From a virus (Duplodnaviria > Caudoviricetes), in the IMG/VR virus record IMGVR_UViG_3300045921_000040, positions 1-63,389 of that record: a stretch of 63,389 bases of DNA; one strand, 5' to 3'. The position numbers and the translations under genes are program-made. How positions within the stretch are numbered: the first letter of the stretch is position 1; every line of letters starts with the position of its first letter. This document shows, one piece after another, positions 46,426 through 56,700 of the stretch. The notes below the pieces were generated by a model. The model saw nothing but the letters and a program-made list of their open reading frames with translations. It was not told the DNA's origin and did no database searches.

Positions 46426-47088
46426 ATGACTCCGTGGAGCTACTCCTCGATAAAGACCTTCGAGCAATGCCCGAAGAAGTACTACCACCTTAGGGTAGCC
46501 AAGGATGTTGAGGATGAGCCGGGTGAGGCGGCGGAATATGGCACCGCCGTCCACCTCGCCGCCGAGGAGTTCATCCGTGATGGGAAACCCATCCCTGAGA
46601 AGTTCGCATTCATCCGCCCTGTAGTGGAGCAGCTGTCAGCACTGCCGGGGGAGAAGTATCCTGAGCTCAAACTGGGTATGCGTGAGGACGGCACACCCTG
46701 TGGTTTCTCCGACGAAGCTGTGTGGTGGAGGGGTATCGCTGACTTGCTGGTTATCGACGGTCAGCGCGCATGGTGCGTGGACTACAAGACGGGCAAAAGC
46801 GCTCGTTACGCTGATACCAAGCAGCTAGACCTGCTGGCTTCGGCTGTGTTCGCACATTACCCACAAGTGGATAAAGTCAAGTCCGCCTTGGTTTTCGTGG
46901 TTAGCGGCGAGCTTGTGACGAAGACCCACAGAGCTTCCGAGCGCAGCACCTATATGTCCGTGTTCGACGAGCAGTTGGACCAGTTGGAAGCAGCCATGGA
47001 CAGCGGCATATTCAATCCGAAGGCTAGTGGTTTGTGTTCATACTGCCCTGTGGTAGACTGCGCACATTGGAAACCTAGGAGGCGATAA
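46426..47088 (+). CDS. PD-(D/E)XK (Cas4/RecB-like) exonuclease
   Basis: SYS..CP, GTAVH, GIADL..VDYKTGK, QL, C-terminal CSYCP..C. Confidence 0.85.
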   Translation: MTPWSYSSIKTFEQCPKKYYHLRVAKDVEDEPGEAAEYGTAVHLAAEEFIRDGKPIPEKFAFIRPVVEQLSALPGEKYPELKLGMREDGTPCGFSDEAVWWRGIADLLVIDGQRAWCVDYKTGKSARYADTKQLDLLASAVFAHYPQVDKVKSALVFVVSGELVTKTHRASERSTYMSVFDEQLDQLEAAMDSGIFNPKASGLCSYCPVVDCAHWKPRRR

Positions 47089-47336
47089 TGGCCAGAGACT
47101 ATCGGTCGGAGTACGCTAACTACCAAGGCAAGCCTGAGCAGAAGAAGAAGCGCGCCATGCGCAATGCGGCCCGTGCCAAGCTGATGCGTGAAGGCAAGGT
47201 TAAGAAGGGTGACGGAATGGACGTTGACCACGTGAAGCCACTCAGCAAGGGCGGCACTAACACTGATGGGTTGAGGGTAAAGCCCAAGTCCAAGAACCGG
47301 TCGTTCAAGCGCACAAGCAGTGGTGCTATGAAGTAA
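47088..47336 (+). CDS. Small HNH endonuclease
   Basis: DVDHVKPLSKGG..LRV..NRS. Confidence 0.75.
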   Translation: MARDYRSEYANYQGKPEQKKKRAMRNAARAKLMREGKVKKGDGMDVDHVKPLSKGGTNTDGLRVKPKSKNRSFKRTSSGAMK

Positions 47337-47354
47337 GAGACCCGAGGGGCAAAC

Positions 47355-48899
47355 GTGCAGATCATTGACAACAAGGCGCTCCTACTGGAGCTGGAAGACC
47401 CGTCGCACGTAACGCATGCCGTGAAGAAGAGCATGATAGTAGATGGCGGTAACGGTGTATTGGTGCATTGGGGACACAAGGAAGCCGAAGCGCTCGCTAA
47501 CTTCAGACTAGATGTGCCTTCCCCCATCCTGCGTGACTATAAGTGGACCGGGAAGTTTACTCCTTTCGAGCACCAGAAGAAGACCGCCTCATTTCTGTCT
47601 ATTCGTAGGCGCGCCTTTTGTTTTAACGAGCAAGGGCTTGGGAAAACGGCCAGTGTCATATGGGCAGCCGACTACCTGATGAAGTTAGGGCTGGTTAAGC
47701 GTGTACTTGTGCTGTGCCCGCTTTCCATCATGAATGCCGCTTGGCAGAAAGACCTATTCACCTTTGCCATGCATCGCTCATGCGGAGTAGCTTATGGCAC
47801 TCTTGCACAGCGGAAGAAGGTTATTGCCACCGGCGCTGAGTTCATTATCCTGAACTACGACGGCCTTAACGTAGTCAAGAATGAAATCGTCGCTGGCGGT
47901 TTTGACTTGATTGTCGTCGATGAGGCCAATGCCTACAAGAACGCGCAGACCAAACGCTGGAAAGTGCTCAACCAGATAATCAAAGTTACAGACCCGCGTT
48001 TGTGGATGCTGACTGGCACTCCTGCAGCGCAGTCTCCCGTAGATGCTTACGGTCTGGCGAAGCTTGTCAACCCCGAAGGTTGCCCACGATTTTTCACCGA
48101 GTTCAAGACTGCGGTTATGACCAAGGTTACGACATTCAAGTGGGTACCTAAGTCAAGCGCCTCTGCGTATGTGCACAAAATATTGCAGCCTGCAATTCGG
48201 TTCGAGAAGAAGGATTGTCTCGACCTGCCTGAGGTTACCTACACCGAGCGTGAAGCGCCGCTTACCCCGCAACAGATGAAATATTACAAGCTGCTCAAGG
48301 ACGAGATGCTTATGGAAGTAGCAGGGGAGGAAGTCAGCGCAGTCAATGCCGCCGCCAAGATAAACAAGCTCCTGCAGATTAGCGGAGGTGCAGTCTATAC
48401 GGACACCGGAGAGGTGCTGCAGTTCGACATCAGCAACAGGCTTAATGTCGTATTGGAGGCAATAGAAGAGACTAGCAATAAGGTGCTGGTGTTTGTCCCC
48501 TTCACCCATACCATCGAGCTTCTGCAGGCGAGGCTGGAGAAGGAAGGTATCAGTTGCGGCATCATCAATGGAGCAGTGCCAGCCAACAAGCGCGGCGACA
48601 TTGTGCATAGGTTCCAAACAGCTAAAGACCCTCACGTGCTGTTGATACAGCCTCAGGCTGCCAGCCATGGGCTTACTCTGACAGCTGCGGATACGATTAT
48701 CTGGTATGCGCCGGTAACCTCGGTGGAGACCTACCTACAGGCGAATGCGCGTATCGACCGTCCGGGGCAGAAGAACGCCATGACCATCGTGCATATCAAA
48801 GGTAGTCCAGTGGAGGCGAAGCTGTATAAGATGCTACAGGACAATATCGGCAACCACAACAAGTTGATTGACCTCTATCGAGAGGTGCTCGACGAATAG
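47355..48899 (+). CDS. SNF2-family helicase
   Basis: EQGLGKT, VVDEA, LTGTP, QANARIDRPGQ. Confidence 0.9.
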   Translation: MQIIDNKALLLELEDPSHVTHAVKKSMIVDGGNGVLVHWGHKEAEALANFRLDVPSPILRDYKWTGKFTPFEHQKKTASFLSIRRRAFCFNEQGLGKTASVIWAADYLMKLGLVKRVLVLCPLSIMNAAWQKDLFTFAMHRSCGVAYGTLAQRKKVIATGAEFIILNYDGLNVVKNEIVAGGFDLIVVDEANAYKNAQTKRWKVLNQIIKVTDPRLWMLTGTPAAQSPVDAYGLAKLVNPEGCPRFFTEFKTAVMTKVTTFKWVPKSSASAYVHKILQPAIRFEKKDCLDLPEVTYTEREAPLTPQQMKYYKLLKDEMLMEVAGEEVSAVNAAAKINKLLQISGGAVYTDTGEVLQFDISNRLNVVLEAIEETSNKVLVFVPFTHTIELLQARLEKEGISCGIINGAVPANKRGDIVHRFQTAKDPHVLLIQPQAASHGLTLTAADTIIWYAPVTSVETYLQANARIDRPGQKNAMTIVHIKGSPVEAKLYKMLQDNIGNHNKLIDLYREVLDE

Positions 48900-48902
48900 C
48901 AC

Positions 48903-48931
48903 TTGACACTGTATAAAAATGGGGGTATAAC
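48903..48931 (+). promoter_or_regulatory. Sigma70-type promoter
   Basis: TTGACA-N17-TATAAC. Confidence 0.7.
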
Positions 48932-48956
48932 CCCATCATCACATGAGGAGCAAACT

Positions 48957-49364
48957 ATGGACCTGACGAATGTACCTGCTGACAAGCTAGTCCGTGTCTA
49001 CCGCAAAATCCGTGCGGCCATGGACGAGAAAGAGGCTGCGCATAAAGAGGAGATGGCTGCGCTCAAGGAGCATCTTGACCTCATCAGCGCCAGAATCCTC
49101 GAAATCTGCAATGAGCAAAATGTGGACAGCTTGCGGACGCCGAATGGCACCGTCATCCGCCGTACCGTCACGCGCTATTGGACGAGTGATTGGCAGGCGA
49201 TGTATGACTTCATTCTAGAGAACCAAGCGCCGCATCTGCTTGAACAGCGCATCCACAGCAGCAACATGAAACAGTATATCGAGGAAAACCCCGACAAGCT
49301 GCCGATTGGGCTTAACGCCGATACCAAGTACGCAATCACTGTTCGCAAACCCACCAACAAGTGA
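48957..49364 (+). CDS. Conserved replication-module protein
   Basis: Coiled coil then SLRTPNGTV..DWQAMYDFI. Confidence 0.65.
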   Translation: MDLTNVPADKLVRVYRKIRAAMDEKEAAHKEEMAALKEHLDLISARILEICNEQNVDSLRTPNGTVIRRTVTRYWTSDWQAMYDFILENQAPHLLEQRIHSSNMKQYIEENPDKLPIGLNADTKYAITVRKPTNK

Positions 49365-49374
49365 GGACCTACCA

Positions 49375-50349
49375 ATGAGCAACATCGCTATTTTCAAGCA
49401 ACCAGGTGCGGTATCCAATATCCGTCGCCCGCTTTCCGAGCTTACCAAGTCGGTAGCTTCTGGCGCTACCATCAACCGTATCCAGACCAACACCACCGGC
49501 ACGTTTAGGCGACTGGTGAATGGGGAGCGGATTGGTAAGGCTATCAGGGGCGAGTTCAACGCCATCATCGTCGCCATGCTGCCGAAGGTCAGCCGCGTCT
49601 TCTACGCAGATAAGTATGACCCCGATGCCAGCACCCCCCATCTGCCGGATTGTTGGTCGAACGATGGGACTACGCCGGAGACCAATGTCCCCAACCGTCA
49701 GGCAGCTAACTGCGCTACTTGTAAGAACAACATCGACGGCTCCGGTAAGAATGGTAGGGGCAAAGCCTGCCGCTTCCAGCGTCGCGTAGCACTTCTGCTT
49801 GAGGGTGATGTGTCTGGCGATGTCTACCAGTTCAATATCCCCGCCAAATCGCTGTTCGGCAAGGGTAGTGGCAACACTCACCCGTTCGAGAGCTATGTGA
49901 GGTTCTTGGCGGCTAATGGTGAGTCGATTGATTACGTCGTTACCAACATTGCCTATAACCTTGACGCTGACACCATGGAACTTCAGTTCACCCCGGTCCG
50001 TCCGATTACCGATGAAGAATATGAGCTCGTCATGGCTGTGCAGGCTAACCCTGCTACGCAGCGCCTTACTCAGTTGACCGTATCGGAGGCTGATGGCGCT
50101 GTTGCGAGCAAACCGAGCTCTGTGGTCATCGAGCAGGAAGAGCCGAAAGAAGCTCCTGCACCCAAGAAGGCCAAGTCCGCCCCCAAAAAGCCCGCGTGGT
50201 TAGATGACGAGGAGGAAGACGAGGAGGTTGACGAGCCCGTTGTCGTCAAGAAAGCGCCCGCCAAGCAAGCAGCGGTGCGCACTCCGAAGAGCGATTTGGC
50301 TGCGACCCTCGCCGCTTGGGCCGATGAGGACGAGGATGGGGACGACTAA
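49375..50349 (+). CDS. Putative single-stranded DNA-binding protein
   Basis: CWSNDG..CATC..GKACRFQRR core with acidic C-terminal tail. Confidence 0.6.
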   Translation: MSNIAIFKQPGAVSNIRRPLSELTKSVASGATINRIQTNTTGTFRRLVNGERIGKAIRGEFNAIIVAMLPKVSRVFYADKYDPDASTPHLPDCWSNDGTTPETNVPNRQAANCATCKNNIDGSGKNGRGKACRFQRRVALLLEGDVSGDVYQFNIPAKSLFGKGSGNTHPFESYVRFLAANGESIDYVVTNIAYNLDADTMELQFTPVRPITDEEYELVMAVQANPATQRLTQLTVSEADGAVASKPSSVVIEQEEPKEAPAPKKAKSAPKKPAWLDDEEEDEEVDEPVVVKKAPAKQAAVRTPKSDLAATLAAWADEDEDGDD

Positions 50350-50591
50350 TGAGCCGTGGATATAGCCTGCGCATTCGTGACTTGAACGCGAAAGCAGATA
50401 AGCGCAAGCTAGGCGTCCGCCTTGGCCGAATGTGCATCAAGAAGGGTGTGCCGGTCTTGGTTATCGCTAAGCGTATGGGCGTGACACGAGCTACGGTATA
50501 TAACTGGTTCTGCGGGGCTTCGTCCCCGCAGGCTAGCCTCACTTCTCGTATCGAAGCCTATATCGCCGAGCTGGAAAGCACGGCTGACTGA
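50349..50591 (+). CDS. HTH DNA-binding protein
   Basis: IAKRMGVTRATVYNWF. Confidence 0.75.
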   Translation: MSRGYSLRIRDLNAKADKRKLGVRLGRMCIKKGVPVLVIAKRMGVTRATVYNWFCGASSPQASLTSRIEAYIAELESTAD

Positions 50592-50656
50592 CCTAGCCAG
50601 CTAGATAGAGACGTAGAGGGGTGCTGCTGGCACCCCCATTGGGTGGTGTCTACGGC

Positions 50657-53482
50657 ATGGATGATTTTGACCTTTTGACAACAGTGCAGCCAGAGCAAGG
50701 CTGGTACGCTGTTGTCGGCATACAAGGAGACCAGCGGCGACAGGAGATTGTAGAGACACGGGAAGAGTTCGACCACTTCGTAGAGCTCTTCAAACGCCGC
50801 AAGTGGAACGTGTTCTATGGGGTCGCCAAGCTCAGCGGGGAACTAGACACAGACGGGAAGCGGCACCGGAGGAAGCAAGATGTCGTCGCGCTCAAGGCTT
50901 TCTGGGTCGATATCGACTGTGGGGCTGGCAAAAGCTATCCTACACAAAACGATGGCGCTGCTGCACTGCACGAGTTCTGTAGTAACGTAGGGCTGGCTAG
51001 GCCCTTCATTATTAATTCCGGCAGTGGACTTCACGCATACTGGCCGCTCAAAGAGGCGGTAACCCGCGAAGAGTGGGAGCCGGTAGCCAAGCGGCTTAAA
51101 GAGGTCTGTGCGTTTCAGGGACTGCACGTAGATAACAGCTGCTTTGAAGTGGCTCGTATCCTGCGAGTACCCGGCACCTTCAATTACAAGGGCAATGAAC
51201 CGCTTCCGGTAAGCGTTGCTGCCATAGGCAAGGTCACCACACTGGAGGCCATGCGCGAAGCCCTTGGGGTAAAAGAGTGCTCTACCTTCCCGTTCAAGCG
51301 CTCGGGGCGCCCGCTTAGCGCGTTAGCGCAGCAGATACAGAACAGCATAGAGAACGAGTTCTCACGCATACTAGAGAAAGGAGAAAGAGGCTGTAGACAG
51401 CTTATGGCAGCCTACGAAGAGAGGGAGCACCTCTCCGAACCGCGTTGGTTCGATGCCTTGTCCATTGCCAAGTTCTGCAAGGACAGGGATACGGCTATAC
51501 ACAAGTTATCCGCAGGCCATCCTGACTATGACCCTAATACCACCGAGCAAAAAATCCAGCATATACTGGGGCCTCATAGCTGCGAGCAGTTCGAGAACAA
51601 CAACCCCGGCGGATGTGCTGGATGTCCGCATGCGGGTAAAATCAAGTCTCCTATTGTCCTAGGTAGCGTTGTTGTTGAAGCTCCGAAGAACGACGCCATC
51701 ACCGAGGTAGACGAGTTTGGCAGGGAAATCCGCTACAATGTCCCCGAGTACCCTTTTCCCTATTTCCGCCATGAGAGCGGGGGCGTGTGGCGCAAGTCGG
51801 AAGTAGAAGAGGAAAAACCTACACTAATTTATCCCTACGACCTCTATGTGGTTAAGCGTATGCGTGACCCGAACGAGGGCGGCGCAATACTTATTCGCTC
51901 ACATACACCCAAGGACGGCGTTGAGGAGTTCACGATAACCAACGCTAAACTTGCTGACCCCATAGAGGTGCGCAAAGAACTTGCGCGTAGGGATATTCTA
52001 CTGAACAAGAAGAATTTCGACTTGCTTGTAGACTACATTATCCGCTCCGCTCAGGAGCTCAGACATATCAGGAGGGCAGAAAAGATGCGCACCCAGTTTG
52101 GATGGGCAGACGGGGACAGCAAGTTCATCGTAGGTGACCGCGAGATTGGTGTAGAAGGCACATTCCACAGCCCACCGTCATCGGTTACACGCGCACTGAC
52201 CGACTATATGCACCCTGCAGGCACACTGGAGAAGTGGAAAGAGGTGTTCGCCCTCTATGGGCGCAAGGGGTTGGAGAGCGCAGCGTTTGCGGCTGGTACC
52301 GCCTTCGGCGCCCCTTTGCTCAAGTTCTCCGGCCAGCGGGGCGCAATCATTAACCTAGTTAGCTCCCACTCCGGCACGGGTAAGACTACCGCCCTGTATA
52401 TGTGCAACAGCGTGTGGGGGCATCCCGAGCGGCTATGCGCTAAGAAGGACGACACCTTCAACTCGAAGGTGTTTAAGATTGGCGTATTCAATAACCTACC
52501 TATCACATTCGACGAGATGTCGAACACCGAGCCAAGGCAGCTCAGCGAGCTGGTGTATCTCATGACGCAAGGCACCGGGAAGGACCGTATGAAGGCGAGC
52601 AGCAACGAGCTGCGCCTGAACCTCACGACGTGGCAAACAATCGCACTATGCTCGTCCAACCACTCCTTCTACGAGAAACTGGAGTCCATCAAGGAGACCC
52701 CGCAAGGCGAGATGATGCGCATCATCGAGTATCCTTTCCCCTATAGTGACGCAATCGACACAGAACTCGGCAAGGAGATGTTCGACCATCAGCTGATGGA
52801 AAACTACGGGCATGCAGGGGACATCTACGCCCGCTTCCTTATAGAGCACTACGAAGAGGTGAAGGACGCATACCTAACTGTGCAGGCTATGGTGGACAGG
52901 GACCTCAAACTCACGCAGCGGGAGCGCTTCTGGTCTGCTGTCATCGCGGCAAACATCACGGGCCTGCGCATCGCCAAGCGGTTGGAGCTTATCAATTGGA
53001 ACATAGCCCGCATCTACGATTGGGCCTGCAAGATGATTGACGAGCTCCGCAACACCACAGTGCCGCCAATCGACGTAGACGAGAACATCATCGGGCATTT
53101 CCTGCTCAGCCGGATAGACCACATTCTTGTCGTCAATGACTCCGTAGACAAGCGCACCAAGCTGCAGACAGTCCCGCTCATGGAGCCAAAGCAGGAAGTG
53201 ATGGTGAGGTATGAGCCTGACACAGAGAAGGTCTTCATCGCCATCCCCGCCTTCCGGCAATACTGCAGCCAGCGCAATATCGGCTACAACGAGACCACCA
53301 AGAAGCTTAAAGCCAAAGGCATCCTCGTTGGTACTGGCAACAAGGCCATGACCAAGGGGATGAAGATTAACATCCCGCCAGTACGCGCCATGGAGCTGGA
53401 TGCTACTCATAGCGACTTGTCCACGCTCATAGACATAGCGCAGAACGCAGAGAGCAAAAGCGATGAAGGTAGCGGGAGTTAG
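50657..53482 (+). CDS. Primase-helicase (AEP-like primase plus P-loop helicase)
   Basis: WVDID, SGSGLHAYW, RILRVPGT, C..C.H Zn motif, SGTGKTT, FDE. Confidence 0.85.
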   Translation: MDDFDLLTTVQPEQGWYAVVGIQGDQRRQEIVETREEFDHFVELFKRRKWNVFYGVAKLSGELDTDGKRHRRKQDVVALKAFWVDIDCGAGKSYPTQNDGAAALHEFCSNVGLARPFIINSGSGLHAYWPLKEAVTREEWEPVAKRLKEVCAFQGLHVDNSCFEVARILRVPGTFNYKGNEPLPVSVAAIGKVTTLEAMREALGVKECSTFPFKRSGRPLSALAQQIQNSIENEFSRILEKGERGCRQLMAAYEEREHLSEPRWFDALSIAKFCKDRDTAIHKLSAGHPDYDPNTTEQKIQHILGPHSCEQFENNNPGGCAGCPHAGKIKSPIVLGSVVVEAPKNDAITEVDEFGREIRYNVPEYPFPYFRHESGGVWRKSEVEEEKPTLIYPYDLYVVKRMRDPNEGGAILIRSHTPKDGVEEFTITNAKLADPIEVRKELARRDILLNKKNFDLLVDYIIRSAQELRHIRRAEKMRTQFGWADGDSKFIVGDREIGVEGTFHSPPSSVTRALTDYMHPAGTLEKWKEVFALYGRKGLESAAFAAGTAFGAPLLKFSGQRGAIINLVSSHSGTGKTTALYMCNSVWGHPERLCAKKDDTFNSKVFKIGVFNNLPITFDEMSNTEPRQLSELVYLMTQGTGKDRMKASSNELRLNLTTWQTIALCSSNHSFYEKLESIKETPQGEMMRIIEYPFPYSDAIDTELGKEMFDHQLMENYGHAGDIYARFLIEHYEEVKDAYLTVQAMVDRDLKLTQRERFWSAVIAANITGLRIAKRLELINWNIARIYDWACKMIDELRNTTVPPIDVDENIIGHFLLSRIDHILVVNDSVDKRTKLQTVPLMEPKQEVMVRYEPDTEKVFIAIPAFRQYCSQRNIGYNETTKKLKAKGILVGTGNKAMTKGMKINIPPVRAMELDATHSDLSTLIDIAQNAESKSDEGSGS

Positions 53483-53666
53483 CTACGACATTAATTGGAA
53501 AGCCTTTACCAAGGGTAAGTCTATAACCTTCGTCTGTCTCGATCCAGACAAGGCGTGGCAGGAAGACATTCGCCCAGTCATGCGCAGGCTTAAGCTAGAT
53601 GTAGTCCACAAAGGGGTAGTAGACGAAAAAACTGGAATTAGGGGTTTACGCGTCTGGAGATTGTGA
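53463..53666 (+). CDS. Small hypothetical protein
   Basis: GLRVWRL C-terminus resembling 41210..41476. Confidence 0.55.
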   Translation: MKVAGVSYDINWKAFTKGKSITFVCLDPDKAWQEDIRPVMRRLKLDVVHKGVVDEKTGIRGLRVWRL

Positions 53667-53710
53667 CTATAAGGGTGCCGAGAGTTTGCTCCTCTCGGTT
53701 GCACTACCCT

Positions 53711-53742
53711 ACCCCCGCTGGCCCACCCCAGCGGGGGTTTTT
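53711..53742 (+). terminator. Rho-independent terminator at the convergence of the two arms
   Basis: cccccgctgg-cccacc-ccagcggggg followed by T5. Confidence 0.8.
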
Positions 53743-56700
53743 CTATTTCGGCCTGAACATTTCCTGCGAGCGCAGGATACGTTCTGCATCCTTCTTGTTA
53801 ATCTCCCTACCTTCCAAAGTGCGAGAGCTACGCTCGTCGCGGCTGGTGAGCGACCTAAGAATGCTTTCCTCTGTGATGAGGAACCTCTCGTTCGGGTAAG
53901 TCCGGTTAAACGGTATGACAACCTCCTTGATATACTCGCGGAAGTCCTCCACAGTGCGGAACTCCCCATCGCGTCGCTTCTGAGCGATCTCGTCGAGAAT
54001 CTCTTTCTTCTCTTGCTCAATACGCTTTTCGTTCTTGAGTGCTGTAATGTAGTAGTCTTGCCACTTCGCAAGGCGAAGAGAACGTGCACCGACAATAGAG
54101 CGGAACGTATCCGATTCCGTAATATGCTCTTTGGGGATGATGGTATCCCCCTTGCGGTTGAGCACGCCTTCGGTCGAGTTGTAGTATGCATTTACCCATG
54201 AGCGGAAGAACGCCGGGGAAATCTTCTTGAGCGCTTCGCGCGTGTTGCCATCCATGAAGTCGTCGATACCGCGCATAATCTGAGACGCGGTGCTGAACCC
54301 GGCGACGTTAGCGATGAGAGCGGCAATCGTCGTACTTTCAAGGTTATCACCCGCAATAGGTTCACGATACCACATCTTGACCAGGTCCATGGTCGTGGTG
54401 CTGGAGATTTCGGTATCAGTGAGAACTCCAAGAGGACCATCAATCAGTATATTGGCCAGAGTGCTCTGACCGCGCTCGTCAACACCAAGGTAGTTCGACA
54501 ACCAACGCCGGAAGGCGATGTCCGCGTCATAGACAGTGGCTGCATCCTCCTGCATCATCTTGAGGACGTCGTCGTCATCATCCGGGTCTGGACCAAACGC
54601 ATAAGCCAGCGCTTCGACCATGATAGTGTAGAGCGGAAGTCCGGCAATGCCGCCCAAGAGCCCAGCCATCATAAGGACACCGGAGAGCTCCTTGAGTGCA
54701 CCTGCTACCTCAGCAGTGTCCTGCTTGGACAGTTTACCTCTACCAGTAGCTTGCCGTGCCACACCCCGCAGCGGAGCCGCGATAATATCGCGGAACGCAC
54801 CAACCATGAATTTGGTCTGCAGAATGGGGTGCATCTTGAACAGGAAGAAGCCACGAGACAGCTCACCCTTCGTGAGGCTGGGGCGCTCCCAGTTAGCAAA
54901 GTTGCCAATGGTATCGTCCACAATCTCCATAGCCTTGAACAGCGCCTGCCGTCGCCCACGCTCAACGAAGTCCTTATCGCTTTCCCCCTCATCCGGCTTG
55001 TTATTCTTGCGGAACTTGTTGAGCTCCAACTCAAATGCCATGTAGAAAGTAGCCTGACGCGAGATGTTTTCTGTCCCCGTGAACATGAAGGTCATGGCCT
55101 TGAGCGTGTTCGCTGTGATGTCATTGGCTTTAGCCAACACACCAGATTGAGGCATGAGCGTATTCGCCCGCTCATTCTGAGCAATAGTCTCAGCTGTAGT
55201 AACGAGGACACCACGCTCCATTGCGGCCTTCTTTGCCCACTGCAGGTCTGCGCTATTCTTGACAAAGCGCGATGCGTTAACGCTCGGCATTATCGCGTCG
55301 ATGTAATCACCAAAACTCGCGTTGGTGCGCTCGATCTGCACCCTCCCGAGGCTATCCCACATCTGCATATACTTCAGCCACATGCGGGTGCCTTCAGTGT
55401 AGCCATACTCGCGCCAGAACCTCGGCACGACCCGCATAGGGATGTTCGCGAAGTTGGTCAGCGCAGTCTTGGCTGATGTCAGGAAATACAGAAAGGACAC
55501 GCGGTTAAGCACGTTGATAGATGCGGCCAAAGAGCCCGGAGGGGGAGGATTGATCTCCTGCTCCGCACGCTCCTCAAGTTCACGTGCAAAGTCGTAAAGC
55601 ATAACGGCTTCTGCATCAGGCCGCTCAGGGTCGTTGATGACATCCTTCATGGCCGAGACAGCCGTGCGAATCCTACCGGCAAAAGCCAGTTTGGTCAGTT
55701 CGTTGGCGTTGGTGACGACTTGCTTGTTGAAGTCATCCACCACGTTAAGGGAGAAGCCAGCGATCTCCTTCGCGTGCAGGAACCGACGGCGTGTAGAGCG
55801 CTCAGGAGTGGTCATGAGATATGTCTGGAATATGCCGTCGAGCAATTCGTCGATATTTGCTGAACCACGTTCCTTAGCTTGATCCCTGGCTTTGTTCACG
55901 AGGTCAAACACCCGCTTCATGAGTGCGTCCTCGCTCTTGATAACTTCCTGCAGGTCGGCGATGTCGTTACCACTACGGAACACAGTACGGTCGTTAGGAT
56001 CGACGCCCAACTGCTTAGCTAGCATGCGCTTGGCCTTGGCCAGATCGCGCGCGCTTTCGAACGTATAGAAAGCTTCTTCGCGCCGCTGCTTGGCGTCCTC
56101 GGAGACACGCAACCAGTACTTCCCCGTACGCATCATGGGGAAGTAGTCCTTGGGGAACAGGTCAGGGTCCAAATCCCAGAACAGGTCGCCGCTTTTCTTG
56201 CGCTCTTCGGCATCATTTGCCTCACGCATGAGCTCTGCCCGCAATTCGCGGATACGCTTTTTCTGTTCGCTGTCTAGATTCGGCTCAGTTTCGAGACGCT
56301 CGTCAAGAAGTGCGAGACGCGCTTCGAATACGTCCTTATGGTAGTCACGCTCGGCCTTGTACAGCTCCAGACCGCCATTCTGCTTGGCTAGTCTCTCCTT
56401 GGCAGCGTATGTATCTCTTACCGCCTGCACCCTACCGGCAAGTTGCCTGACCTTGAGTTCGGTTCTGGCCTTGTTGATAGCTGTGCCCCTAAGGGCCGCA
56501 AGTTTGCCTTGCACGGGGGCAGACAGGTCAACCTTATCCTTGAATACACTCGTAGTGTCAGATGGCTTGCGCACTTCTGCCTTGATCTCGTCGATAAGCT
56601 TACGCGCCATAGCCTTGTCGTTTGAGTTATTGATTAGAGCATCTTCAATCGCTTTAATATCCTCGCCACCTTTAAGTGCTTCCTCGACTGTCTCAAACGC

